Shown here: in pieces, positions 7,149-18,389 of the stretch
Numbering within the stretch: position 1 is the first letter of the stretch
Layout of the letters: every line of letters begins with the position of its first letter
Assembly (NCBI GenBank): GCA_964236445.1
Contig: CAXSDR010000022.1
Coordinates: 19,919-41,493 of the forward strand
Source of the DNA: an uncultured Motilibacteraceae bacterium
GTDB taxonomy: Bacteria; Actinomycetota; Actinomycetes; Motilibacterales; Motilibacteraceae
Length of the DNA stretch: 21,575 nucleotides
Reading direction: 5' to 3'
Translations under genes and position numbers: made by a program
The notes under the pieces: model-generated
What the model was told of the DNA's origin: nothing
Databases searched by the model: none
What the model saw: the letters and a program-made list of their open reading frames with translations, nothing else

Positions 7149-8036
7149 GTGTCCAGGACCATGTCCACAACCGTCTCGTCCGCGTCCGATGCCGCGGCGG
7201 CGCCGACGCATGATGCGGGGACAGTGCCGGCTGTCACCACGCGACGCGAAACCTCGCAGGCGTGGCACCGCGTCGTCGTCCGGGCCCTCGCGATCCTGGC
7301 CCTGGTCGCGGTGTGGGAAGTCGCCGCACGCATCGTGGACCGCGCGGTCATCGTCCCGTCGCCCGGCGCGGTCTGGCACCAGCTGGTCCAGACCTCCACC
7401 ACGCATGACGGCGTGCGCGGCTACCGCGACCACCTGCTCGTAGAACATCTCGGAACAAGCCTGCGTCGAGTGCTCATCGGCTCAGGCCTCGGCATCGCCG
7501 GTGGACTCGTTCTCGGGGTCGTCATGGGCACGCTGCCGTGGGTGCGGGTCGTTGTGGAACCCTTCGTCACCTTCGTTCGAGCGCTGCCGCCGTTGGCGTA
7601 TTTCAGTCTCGTCATCATCTGGCTGGGCATCGACGAGAAGCCCAAGCTCGTCCTGCTCACCATTGCGGCACTGCCACCGGTTGCCGTGGCTACGGCATCG
7701 GCCGTCTCCGGCGCCGCGACGCAGCTCGTCGAGGCGGCGCAGGCCCTGGGCGCGACCCGCTGGGAGGTCGTGACCGGCGTGGTGCTGCGCTCAGCCCTGC
7801 CCGAGATCTTCACCGGCGTTCGGCTGGCCGTCGGCATCGCCTACTCCTCCGTCGTCGCGGCGGAGACGGTCAACGGCGTGCCCGGCATCGGCGGGATGAT
7901 CCGGGACGCCCAGCGCTACAACCAGTCCGACATCGTCATTCTCGGGCTGCTGGCCATCGGCCTGTCAGGCCTGCTGATCGACGCGCTGCTCCGCACAGCC
8001 GAGCACCATCTGGTGCCCTGGCGCGGCCGCGTCTGA
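7149..8036 (+). CDS. tauC: ABC transporter permease, NitT/TauT family (taurine/aliphatic sulfonate, TauC/SsuC-like)
   Basis: BPD_transp_1 signature region (...VAAETVNGVPGIGGMIRDA..) and about 6 TM helices. The start is either GTG 7149 (GGAG 6 nt upstream) or ATG 7161. The in-frame upstream extension to 6792 is non-coding, with low GC3 and the palindrome region. Confidence 0.8.
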   Translation: MSRTMSTTVSSASDAAAAPTHDAGTVPAVTTRRETSQAWHRVVVRALAILALVAVWEVAARIVDRAVIVPSPGAVWHQLVQTSTTHDGVRGYRDHLLVEHLGTSLRRVLIGSGLGIAGGLVLGVVMGTLPWVRVVVEPFVTFVRALPPLAYFSLVIIWLGIDEKPKLVLLTIAALPPVAVATASAVSGAATQLVEAAQALGATRWEVVTGVVLRSALPEIFTGVRLAVGIAYSSVVAAETVNGVPGIGGMIRDAQRYNQSDIVILGLLAIGLSGLLIDALLRTAEHHLVPWRGRV

Positions 8037-8083
8037 ATCCCCGTCTGCGTCCCCCGAACACCCCACCTCCGAAGGAACACTCC

Positions 8084-9148
8084 GTGCCGCCTACGCGCTC
8101 ACTACGTCTGCTACTCGTGGCCTCCGCCGCTGTTCTGGCCACCGCCCTCACCGGCTGTGGCCACGACTCGAGCACATCGCTCGCCGCCAGCACTGGCAGC
8201 CCCCGGGGCGGTGGCACGCTGCGCATCGCCTACCAAGCCTTCCCCAGTGGCGACCTCGTCGTCAGGGAGAACCACTGGCTGGAGGATGCGCTGCCCGGCT
8301 GGACCGTGAAGTGGTCGCAGTTCGACTCGGGCGCCAGCATCAACACCGCGTTCGTCGCGGGCGCCCTGGACATCGCTGCTATGGGGTCGAGCCCCGTCGC
8401 TCGCGGACTCTGCGCGCCGCTCGACATCGCTTATCAGGTCGCGTTCGTCCTCGATGTCGCTGGTGACAACGAGGCCCTTGTCGCCCGTGACGGGTCAGGT
8501 ATCGCCGACGTTGCCGGACTCAAGGGCAAGAAGGTGGCGACATCCTTCAGCTCTACCGCCCACTACAGCCTGCTGGCCGCACTCGCGCAGGCCGGCCTCA
8601 GCGAGAAGGACGTCAAGCTCATCGATCTCGAGCCGCAGGACATCCTCGCCGCGTGGACGCGGGGCGACATCGACGCGGCATACACGTGGTTGCCCACGCT
8701 GGCGGAGCTCAAGAAGGACGGCAAGGTGCTCATCGCCAGCCGTGAGCTCGCCACGGCCGGCAAGCCGACCCTCGACCTCGGGGTCGTCTCCAGCGCGTTG
8801 ATCAGCAAGCATCCGGAGGTTGTCGACGCGTGGCGCGAAGCCGAGGCGCGCGCCCTGCGCCTCATCAAGAATGACCCCGACGCCGCCTCGACAGCCATCG
8901 CCAAGCAGCTCTCCATGACGCCGGCCGTGGCGAAGGAACAGCTCAGCCAGGGCGTCTTCCTCACCCCGGAGCAACTCACCAGCGAGCAGTGGCTCGGTAG
9001 CGAGGGCAAGGTGGGTGCGCTGGCGGCCAACCTGCGAAGCGCCGCGGATTTCCTCAAGGGTCAGCACAAGGTCGACGCCGTGCCGAACGTCGCCACATTC
9101 GAGAAGGCGATCTATGTGAAGGGGCTGCCCGGTGTCCTCGGCTCCTGA
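8084..9148 (+). CDS. tauA: Sulfonate/taurine ABC substrate-binding lipoprotein (SsuA/TauA family)
   Basis: GTG 8084 with GAAGGAA 6 nt upstream. Lipoprotein signal peptide with lipobox LTGC. The mature domain shows SsuA/TauA-type periplasmic binding-protein similarity (RIAYQAFPSGDLV...KGKKVATSFSSTAHYSL). Confidence 0.8.
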   Translation: MPPTRSLRLLLVASAAVLATALTGCGHDSSTSLAASTGSPRGGGTLRIAYQAFPSGDLVVRENHWLEDALPGWTVKWSQFDSGASINTAFVAGALDIAAMGSSPVARGLCAPLDIAYQVAFVLDVAGDNEALVARDGSGIADVAGLKGKKVATSFSSTAHYSLLAALAQAGLSEKDVKLIDLEPQDILAAWTRGDIDAAYTWLPTLAELKKDGKVLIASRELATAGKPTLDLGVVSSALISKHPEVVDAWREAEARALRLIKNDPDAASTAIAKQLSMTPAVAKEQLSQGVFLTPEQLTSEQWLGSEGKVGALAANLRSAADFLKGQHKVDAVPNVATFEKAIYVKGLPGVLGS

Positions 9149-9950
9149 CGCCGCCGTGCGTGCAACGACCTCCGGCGGGCGTGCCGCCGCGGTCGACGTC
9201 CGCGATGTCATCCACTCCTACGGCACTGGCGCGAACGCCGTTCACGCACTCGGCCCGGTCTCGATCACCGTGCCGCCCGGTGAGTTCCTCGTGCTCGTGG
9301 GTGCATCGGGCTGCGGCAAGAGCACGCTGCTGCGGCTGGTCGCCGGCTTCGAGCAGCCCAGCTCGGGCATCGTCCGGGTGTCCGGTGCTGCGCCCGTGCC
9401 CGGTCGCACCGCAGGCGTGGTGTTCCAGCAGCCCCGGCTCTTTCCCTGGCGCACGGTCGGTGGCAACGTCGACGCAGCCCTGCGCTATGCGCGGGTGCCG
9501 AAGGAGGCTCGCGCCCTGCGCACCGAGGCGCTGCTGCAGCGGGTCGGTCTCGAAGGCACCGCGCAGCGCCGGACCTGGCAGGTGTCCGGCGGTCAACAGC
9601 AGCGTGTCGCGATCGCCCGTGCGCTCGCGGGGGAGCGCGAGCTGCTGCTGCTCGACGAACCGTTCGCCGCCCTCGACGCGCTCACTCGCGAGCGGTTGCA
9701 GGAGGACCTGCGCCGGGTGACCGCCGAGACCGGGCGGACGGCTGTGTTCGTGACGCACAGCGTCGACGAGGCGGTCTTCCTCGGCAGCCGCGTCGTGGTG
9801 CTCTCGTCGCGCCCCGGCAGGGTTGCGCTCGACCTGCCGGTGCCGCTGGCGCGCAGCGGCGTGTCACCCGACGAGCTGCGCGGGCTGCCGGAGTATGCCG
9901 GCCTGCGCGCAGAGATAGGAGCCGCCGTACGCGCCGCAGCAGCAGCGTGA
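9132..9950 (+). CDS. tauB: ABC transporter ATP-binding protein (TauB/SsuB-like)
   Basis: Walker A GASGCGKST, signature VSGGQQQRVAIARAL, Walker B LLLLDEPF. GTG start overlapping the end of the binding-protein gene. Confidence 0.85.
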   Translation: MSSAPDAAVRATTSGGRAAAVDVRDVIHSYGTGANAVHALGPVSITVPPGEFLVLVGASGCGKSTLLRLVAGFEQPSSGIVRVSGAAPVPGRTAGVVFQQPRLFPWRTVGGNVDAALRYARVPKEARALRTEALLQRVGLEGTAQRRTWQVSGGQQQRVAIARALAGERELLLLDEPFAALDALTRERLQEDLRRVTAETGRTAVFVTHSVDEAVFLGSRVVVLSSRPGRVALDLPVPLARSGVSPDELRGLPEYAGLRAEIGAAVRAAAAA

Positions 9951-10002
9951 AGCGCTTGTCAGAGTTCGGCAATTCCACCAGCTGATAACCAGGAGCCCCC
10001 TC

Positions 10003-10884
10003 ATGACCGCGACAGCCGAGGCGCTGCACCGCACCGACACCGAGCTCGAGCTCGACCCACTCGGCCCAGCCTTCGGCTCGGTCGTTCTCGGACTCGACCT
10101 GGCCACGGCGAGCGACCCGCAGCTGCGCGCCGTACGGCGTGCACTTGTGGACCGCAAGGTGCTGTTCTTCCACGCCCAGTCCCTCACCGCTGACGAGCAG
10201 GTGGTGCTCGGCAACCGCCTCGGGCGCCTCACCACATCGCACCCTGTGGTGCCCGGCCTCGACGAGGCGCACCCCGAGATCTACGCGATCGACAGCACGG
10301 ACAACGGCTTCGCCGACGTCTGGCACACCGACGTCACCTTCGTGCGTCGGCCCCCACTGGGTTCGATCCTCAAGGCCGTGACCCTGCCCCCCACCGGCGG
10401 CGACACCAGCTGGGCCGACAGCCAGCTTGCCTACGACTCGCTGTCCAACCCCGTGCAGCAGATGGCCGATCAGTTGCGCGCGGTCCACGACGGCAGCCGC
10501 GAGTTCGGCTACTACCTCGCCCAACGCAAGGGCCGGGAGAACACCTGGGACGGCGAGACCTACACCCACCTCGAGCCGGTCGAACATCCCGTCGTGCGCG
10601 TGCACCCGGAGACCGGACACAAGGGGCTCTTCGTGAACCCGGGCTTCACCTCCCGCATCGTGGGAGTGTCCGACGCGGAGAGCCGGCACATCCTCGACCT
10701 GCTCTACGCCCACCTGGTCAAGCCCGAACACGTCGTGCGCCATCGCTGGAGCGAGGGCGATGTGGCGATGTGGGACAACCGCAGCACCGTGCACTATGCA
10801 AACCGCGACTACGCCGACGCGCGTCGGGTCATGCACCGCGTCACCCTGCAGGGTGATGAACCCCATGGTCCGACGACCGCCTGA
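10003..10884 (+). CDS. tauD: Taurine/alpha-ketoglutarate dioxygenase (TauD/TfdA family)
   Basis: The Fe(II) ligand motif HTD (WHTDVTF), a distal His and an RxxxxH... region, arranged as in TauD. AGGAGCC lies 7 nt upstream of the ATG. The gene sits directly downstream of the sulfonate ABC genes. Confidence 0.85.
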   Translation: MTATAEALHRTDTELELDPLGPAFGSVVLGLDLATASDPQLRAVRRALVDRKVLFFHAQSLTADEQVVLGNRLGRLTTSHPVVPGLDEAHPEIYAIDSTDNGFADVWHTDVTFVRRPPLGSILKAVTLPPTGGDTSWADSQLAYDSLSNPVQQMADQLRAVHDGSREFGYYLAQRKGRENTWDGETYTHLEPVEHPVVRVHPETGHKGLFVNPGFTSRIVGVSDAESRHILDLLYAHLVKPEHVVRHRWSEGDVAMWDNRSTVHYANRDYADARRVMHRVTLQGDEPHGPTTA

Positions 10885-11009
10885 CCTCACTGGGGTCGGC
10901 GACGAAGGGAAACCACGGCCCGCGGTCTCTCAGCCTCGTCACAGGTGGGCCGGCGCATCGTGGACACCGGCAACCCCGCACGACCACATGCAGCCGAAGT
11001 GAGGACCTC

Positions 11010-12137
11010 ATGCCCGCACCCCTCTCCCGCTCCGCCCGATGGACCGTGCCTGTCGCGGTCGCCGCGGTCATCGCCGCTGGAGGAGTCGCCGTGCGCACGT
11101 CGGCCCAGGCCGACTCCGGCCTCCCCGACAAGACAGCGGCCGAGCTCCTCGTCGCCGTCCAGAATGCGGGGAGCGCGCCGTTCGCGGGCACCGTCACCAA
11201 GACCGCTCGCCTGGGCATCCCGGCGCTGCCCGGCAACGACACGTCACTGCAGTCGCTCGTCAGCGGCACGCACACCGCGCGCGTCTGGTATGCGGGGCCC
11301 GACCGCACGCGCGTCGCCCTCGTCGGCGACCTCGCCGAGACCGATGTCATCCACAACGGGCGCGACGTCTGGATCTGGAGCAGTGACACCGACACCGCGC
11401 AGCACGCGACGCTCCCGGCCCACCAGGCCGGTGATGCGGGCGCGCACGACCGGACCGCCCCGACACCGGAGGCGACCGCTCTGACACCGGCCGAGGCAGC
11501 CACGCAGGCGCTCGCAGCGATCGACCCGACGACGGCGGTCACCGTGTCGGGCACCTCGCGGGTCGCCGAGCGCCCCGTCTACGAGCTGGTGTTGCGGCCC
11601 AAGGACCCCAGCTCGCTCATCGGGCAGGTCCGCCTGGCCATCGACAGTGCCACCTCGACCCCGCTGCGCGTGCAGGTCTATGCGACAGGCGGCACGAAGC
11701 CCGCCTTCGAGACCAGCTTCACCTCGATCGAGTTCGCCACGCCCTCGGCCGACCTGTTCGCCTTCACGCCCCCGCCGGGCGCCAAGGTCAAGCAGCTCGG
11801 CGGTTCGACGCCCGAGCAGGACACCAAGGCCGAGAAGGCCACGCCCGACAAGGCCGGTGCCACGAGCGGCACCACGGTCGTCGGCAAGGGCTGGACCTCG
11901 GTCCTGGTGCTGCACGGCTCGCCGGCCGATGCGGCGGCGACCAAGGGCTCGGGGGTCTCGGGCACGCTCGCCACGATGCTTCGCGCGACCACGCCGGTGA
12001 GCGGCACCTTCGGCAGCGGACGCCTCCTGCGCACCAAGCTGGTCTCGGTGCTCCTGCTCGACGACGGTCGCACCTTGATCGGCGCGGTCACACCCGCGGC
12101 GCTCGAGGCCGCAGCCGCGGACCCCGCAGCCAAGTGA
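11010..12137 (+). CDS. Secreted LolA-like / lipoprotein-carrier-fold protein (DUF-type), first gene of an ABC export cassette
   Basis: Sec signal peptide (AVAAVIAAGGVAVRTSAQA|DSG). The beta-rich middle has the pattern ...ARVWYAGPDRTRVAL..DVIHNGRDVWIWSSD... typical of LolA-like proteins that precede ABC ATPase/ABC-2 permease pairs in actinobacteria. Ala/Thr/Gly-rich linker and C-terminal domain. The end overlaps the next gene (GTGA). Confidence 0.5.
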   Translation: MPAPLSRSARWTVPVAVAAVIAAGGVAVRTSAQADSGLPDKTAAELLVAVQNAGSAPFAGTVTKTARLGIPALPGNDTSLQSLVSGTHTARVWYAGPDRTRVALVGDLAETDVIHNGRDVWIWSSDTDTAQHATLPAHQAGDAGAHDRTAPTPEATALTPAEAATQALAAIDPTTAVTVSGTSRVAERPVYELVLRPKDPSSLIGQVRLAIDSATSTPLRVQVYATGGTKPAFETSFTSIEFATPSADLFAFTPPPGAKVKQLGGSTPEQDTKAEKATPDKAGATSGTTVVGKGWTSVLVLHGSPADAAATKGSGVSGTLATMLRATTPVSGTFGSGRLLRTKLVSVLLLDDGRTLIGAVTPAALEAAAADPAAK

Positions 12138-13141
12138 GCACCCAGCTCCACGACGACCTACGCGCGACGGCGGCGTCCCCGGCTCCGGCCGGGGACGCCG
12201 CCGTCCGCACGACAGGTCTCACCAAGCGGTTCCGCGGCGGCCAGGTGGCGGTGAACGCCCTCGATCTCGACGTCCCACGGGGCGCGGTCTACGGCTTCCT
12301 CGGCCCCAACGGCTCGGGCAAGACAACCACCATCCGGATGCTCCTCGGCCTCGTGGCCCCCACCGACGGGACGCACGCGCTGCTCGGCGAGCCGATGCCC
12401 AGGGCGTCCGCTCAGGTGCTTCCGCGCGTGGGTGCCCTGGTCGAAGGCCCGGCGTTCCATCCCTACCTCTCGGGCTGGGACAACCTGGTCCGCCTGGACG
12501 CCGCCGACCGCACGGTGGCGCGAGGCCAGGTGCGCCAGCGGGTCGGCGAGGCGCTCGACCGCGTGGGGCTGGCCGCGGCGGCGAGCAAGCGCTACCGCAA
12601 CTACTCCCTCGGCATGCGCCAGCGCCTCGGCCTCGCCGGGGCGCTGCTGCGCCCACGTGAGCTCTACGTCCTCGACGAGCCGACGAACGGGCTCGACCCG
12701 CAGGGCACCCGCGAGGTGCGCACGCTGCTGCACGAGGTGGCTGCCGAGGGCGCGACGGTCCTGGTCTCCTCGCACCTGCTCAGCGAGATCGAGCAGGTCT
12801 GCACGCACGCCGGGGTGATGAGCGCCGGCCGGCTCGTCTACCAGGGCACGCTGCCCGACCTGCGCCGGCGAGCGGGCGAGCAGGTGCGCGTGACGACCAG
12901 CGCGCCCGAGGCCGCAGCCGCCGTGCTCCTCTCGTGCGGCACCGGCACCCCCCACCAGCACGACGGCTATGTCCTCGCCGACCTCGGCGGCCAGGGCGAC
13001 CAGGGCGACGTAGCGGTCGAGCACCTCACCGAGCGCCTCGTCATGGCCGGGGTCCCGGTCCGTGGCATCGCGGCCGAGCGGCCCGACCTCGAGTCGATCT
13101 TCGTCCAGCTGACCGGGGAGGGCTTCGATGTCGAGCGCTGA
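12134..13141 (+). CDS. ABC transporter ATP-binding protein (ABC-2/DrrA-like subfamily)
   Basis: Walker A GPNGSGKTT, signature YSLGMRQRLGLAGAL, Walker B LYVLDEPTNGLD, H-loop SSHLL. GTG start overlapping the upstream stop. Confidence 0.85.
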   Translation: MSTQLHDDLRATAASPAPAGDAAVRTTGLTKRFRGGQVAVNALDLDVPRGAVYGFLGPNGSGKTTTIRMLLGLVAPTDGTHALLGEPMPRASAQVLPRVGALVEGPAFHPYLSGWDNLVRLDAADRTVARGQVRQRVGEALDRVGLAAAASKRYRNYSLGMRQRLGLAGALLRPRELYVLDEPTNGLDPQGTREVRTLLHEVAAEGATVLVSSHLLSEIEQVCTHAGVMSAGRLVYQGTLPDLRRRAGEQVRVTTSAPEAAAAVLLSCGTGTPHQHDGYVLADLGGQGDQGDVAVEHLTERLVMAGVPVRGIAAERPDLESIFVQLTGEGFDVER

Positions 13142-14012
13142 CACGCTGCGCGGCACCGCGCCTGCCGCTTCCGCGTCGTCCGAGGGACCCGCTCCCCGGT
13201 CGCTCGTCCCGCGGCTGCTGGCCTCCGAGCTGCGCCTGGTCATGCGGCGCCGGCGCAACCAGGTGATCCTCGTCTTCCTGGCCGCCATCCCGGTGCTCCT
13301 GGGCACCGTCGTACGCCTGTCCTCCCCCCAGCCCGGCGAGGGCCCGCCGTTCCTGTCGCAGGTGACGCAGAACGGCCTGTTCCTCGTGTTCACCTCGCTC
13401 GTCGTGACCATGCCGTTCTTCCTCCCGCTCGCCGTCGCCGTGGCCTCCGGCGAGGCGGTCGCGGGAGAGGCGAGCAGCGGGACCCTGCGAAGCCTGCTCG
13501 TCGTCCCGGTGGGCCGCACCCGCGTCCTCGCGGTGAAGTACGCCGGCATCGTGGCCTACGCCGGCGCCTGCACCCTCTCCGTGATGGCCTCGGGCGTCGT
13601 CGTCGGGCTGGTGCTCTTCGCACACGGGCCGGCGACCCTGCTGTCGGGGTCGACGATCACCACCGGCGACGCGCTGCTGCGCGCGGTCGTCATCGCGGCC
13701 TATGCCACCGCGATGCTGGCCGGGCTCGGCGCGATCGGCCTGTTGGTCTCGACCCTGACGGAGGTGCCGATGGGGGCCATGGCGGCGACCGCGGCATTCC
13801 CGATCGTGACGCAGATCCTCGACGCGATCCCGCAGGTGCGGTGGCTGCACCCCTACCTCCTGACGCACTGGTTCACGACGTTCGGCGACCTGCTGCGGGC
13901 GCCGGTGCAGTGGACCGCCATGTCACGGGGGGTGCTGTGCGCTGCCTGCTACGCCGCGGTGGCGCTGAGCCTGGCATGGGCGCGGTTCACGACCAGGGAC
14001 GTCACGTCATAG
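13128..14012 (+). CDS. ABC-2 family transporter permease
   Basis: About 6 TM helices. The start overlaps the ATPase stop (ATGtcgagcgcTGA), indicating translational coupling. Typical ABC-2 permease length and topology. Confidence 0.75.
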   Translation: MSSADTLRGTAPAASASSEGPAPRSLVPRLLASELRLVMRRRRNQVILVFLAAIPVLLGTVVRLSSPQPGEGPPFLSQVTQNGLFLVFTSLVVTMPFFLPLAVAVASGEAVAGEASSGTLRSLLVVPVGRTRVLAVKYAGIVAYAGACTLSVMASGVVVGLVLFAHGPATLLSGSTITTGDALLRAVVIAAYATAMLAGLGAIGLLVSTLTEVPMGAMAATAAFPIVTQILDAIPQVRWLHPYLLTHWFTTFGDLLRAPVQWTAMSRGVLCAACYAAVALSLAWARFTTRDVTS

Positions 14013-14046
14013 GCTGGGCCAGGATGTCGTCGAGACCGGAGCACGC

Positions 14047-16231
<2,185 letters not shown>

Positions 16232-16278
16232 GGGCGGTCCGGGGTTCAGGGCCCGAGCGACCGGGCATGCCCCGCGCC

Positions 16279-16569
16279 ATGAGCGCTCTTCCAGGCACTT
16301 CTCCCGGAGACGACGGCCCCTACGGCGAGCTCGCTGCCGAGGGCAGCGGCGCGGCGCACGATCCCGAGGTGGCCGAGGCGTTCGCCGAAGAGGTCGGCGT
16401 CGACCCCACTCCCGACGAGATCGCGCACTACAACGAGCTGACCGGGGCCTCCGACCCCACGGCTGAGGCCCCGGCGGCGCCGGACGTGACGTCAGGGGCA
16501 GCGGCCGGCGCACGGCCAGAGCCAGGCAGTCGTCCTCGTAGCGCGCACACGTCGACAGGTCCGAGATGA
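16279..16569 (+). CDS. Small acidic Ala/Pro/Glu/Asp-rich hypothetical protein downstream of guaB (3' boundary uncertain)
   Basis: The plus frame has GC3 near 90% from ~16300 to ~16500 (MSALPGTSPGDDGPYGELAAEGSGAAHDPEVAEAFAEEVGVDPTPDEIAHYNELTG...). GC3 collapses after ~16500, where the convergent minus-strand phosphatase frame takes over. The first stop in frame is at 16567. Alternative start at 16267. Confidence 0.4.
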   Translation: MSALPGTSPGDDGPYGELAAEGSGAAHDPEVAEAFAEEVGVDPTPDEIAHYNELTGASDPTAEAPAAPDVTSGAAAGARPEPGSRPRSAHTSTGPR

Positions 16570-18207
16570 GCCAGTCGGTGAGTTCCTGGGCGGGGACCAG
16601 CGCACGGGTGGTGCACGCGTCGGTGAGCGCGGCGAGCCCCTCGAGAACGTTGCGGGTGCCCTCGATCAGACCGTCGGTGTAGAGCAGCAGCGTCTCCCCG
16701 GGCGCCAGCACGAGTTCGACGACGCCGTCACTGCCGCCACCGGGATAGCCGATCGGCACCCCGAGGGCCTCGATCTCGTGGGCCGTCTGCCCGGGGTGCA
16801 CGTGCAGGGCAGGCGGGTGCCCCGCGCCGACGAGGCTTACGCGCCCGCTGCGCGGCCAGTAGCGCGCCACGAGCACCGTCGCGACCAGCTCGTCGTCGTC
16901 GCGCTCGAGCAGCCGGGCGGTGCGCGCGAGCAGGGCAGAGAAGGGGTAGTCGGCGAGGGTCAGCGTGCGGATCGTCGCGGTCACCGCGAGCGCCTGGCGC
17001 ATGGCCGGCAGGCCCGAGCCCATCGCGTCCACGACGACGACCTGGATGCCGCGGTCGGCAAGCACGCTCCAGTCGTAGGAGTCACCGCCCGCCGGTGCCG
17101 ACTGCGCCGGAAGGTAGGTCACGCCGATCTCGGCGTCCGGCACGTCCAGCGGCATCGGCCGGAAGGCTGCTGCCAGCTCGCCAGCCGCTCTGCGCTGGTC
17201 GGCCTCGCGTCGGCGCGCCGAGGCCAGCGAGCGCTCCGCATGCTCCGCCCGACGCTGCTGCTGCATGTCGCGGACGCTCAGCACCGCGCGTACGTCATCG
17301 GTGGCTCCGTCAACGGCGACCGGCCGCAGGCTGAGCTCGACGGGCCGACCGTCGAGGCGTGTCTGCACCTGCACGCGGGAGAGCGCGCGAGCGTCGGCCA
17401 CCGCGGCCAGCAGACCGTCGAAACCGTTGCGGGGCAGCCCTTCGAGCCCGGGGCGTAGGAGCGCGCCGAGCCCCCGGCCCAGCACGTCGGGACCGAGCAG
17501 CGCGTAGGCGGCCGGGTTGGCCTGGATGACCAGGCCGGCGGCGTCCAGGACGGCTATGCCGTCGGCCACCGTGGCCAGGACGGTGTCGTTGCGCTCGGCG
17601 AGCTTGGCGAACTGCAGGCGGATGCGCTCGTCGGACTTCCAGGCCGCGATGCCCACCACGGCGGCGAGCCCGATCAGTGACGCGTGCAGCAGACTCCACA
17701 GCCACGGGCGCTCGAGGTGCCGGGATGGTCGTAGACGCTGCCGGGTCGCAGCGAGCCGATCACGCCGTCGTGCACGATCACGAAGGCGACGGTCGTGAGG
17801 AAGGGCGCCCAGCTCTGATAGAGCGTGGCGGCTGCGACGACCACGAAGAACAGGAAGTGTGCCTCGATCGCACCGCCGGAGAGTCGCACGACGATCGCAG
17901 AGCACCAGAGCAGCCCGAAGGTCACCACGCTGCTCGTGAGCTCACGATGGGCACTACCGCGGCTGCGGGGAAGGGAGGCGGCGGTCGCCACCGCGAACGC
18001 GAGCGCCACGGCCAGGTGCAGGTCTGCGCTGCCCAGATGGGATCCGAGCATCGACCAGGTGGACACGACACCGGTCACCAACCAGAGCGCGACCAGCAGC
18101 GCCTCGTGCCTTCTCGACCAGTTGTCGGCGGGCAGGGGGACGCCGTGGGGCAGCAACCGGCCGAGCAGGCCGCCATGCCACCATGCCCCCACCCCGACCT
18201 TGCCCAT
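16492..18207 (-). pseudogene. Membrane sensor domain-TM-PAS-PP2C (SpoIIE/RsbU-type) serine phosphatase; reading frame disrupted in this sequence
   Basis: Frame A (18264/18207 to 17674) encodes ~6 TM helices. Frame B (open from 17905) continues with the TM helix PWLWSLLHASLIGLAAVVGIAAW, a PAS-like segment, and PP2C motifs (GGDSYDW, VVVDAMGSG, GAGHPPALHV, LLLYTDGLIE, EDDCLALAVRR). The A to B junction near 17712-17728 needs a 1-nt correction. Frame B has no in-frame stop at all (it stays open to 14627). A one-base change in a C4 run at 16495-16498 would give ...RRPLP-stop at 16492. Confidence 0.5.
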
Positions 18208-18389
18208 GCGGTCACGACCGTCCCCTCCCGCCAGCGCTCCGCCGGCCCATCGCTGCATCGGCAAGCAGCGTCGATGACACGAGGGATCGGCAAACTCTCG
18301 GCAGCTACCCGGGTGGTTGTGCCAGGGTTGCAGCGGGCATCCGGTCTTCGGCAGACCTTCCAGGCGCCCACCGGCAGAGAGGTGGAAGG

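Noticed and set aside
7538-8083. Long N-terminal extension of the substrate-binding protein ORF (536 aa)
   Set aside because: The extension overlaps the tauC coding region in another frame. The lipoprotein signal peptide and RBS define the real start at 8084.
9951-10002. Sigma70-like promoter (TTGTCA ...) between tauB and tauD
   Set aside because: The -35-like hexamer has no acceptable -10 at 16-19 nt spacing. tauD is probably co-transcribed with the ABC genes.
9682-10890. 402-aa minus-strand ORF
   Set aside because: Antisense of tauD and tauB.
12158-13868. 463-aa and 275-aa minus-strand ORFs
   Set aside because: Antisense of the ABC ATPase and permease genes. Arg/Gly-rich.
16481-16494. 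TGACGTCA 8-bp palindrome (CRE-like) as a regulatory site
   Set aside because: It lies inside overlapping coding sequence. A single 8-bp palindrome in GC-rich DNA is expected by chance. It is noted only as the cause of the mirrored APDVTSGAA translations.
17705-17730. Programmed -1 ribosomal frameshift in the phosphatase gene
   Set aside because: There is no X XXY YYZ slippery heptamer and no downstream pseudoknot-like structure at the junction. A homopolymer indel (sequencing error or mutation) is the simpler explanation.
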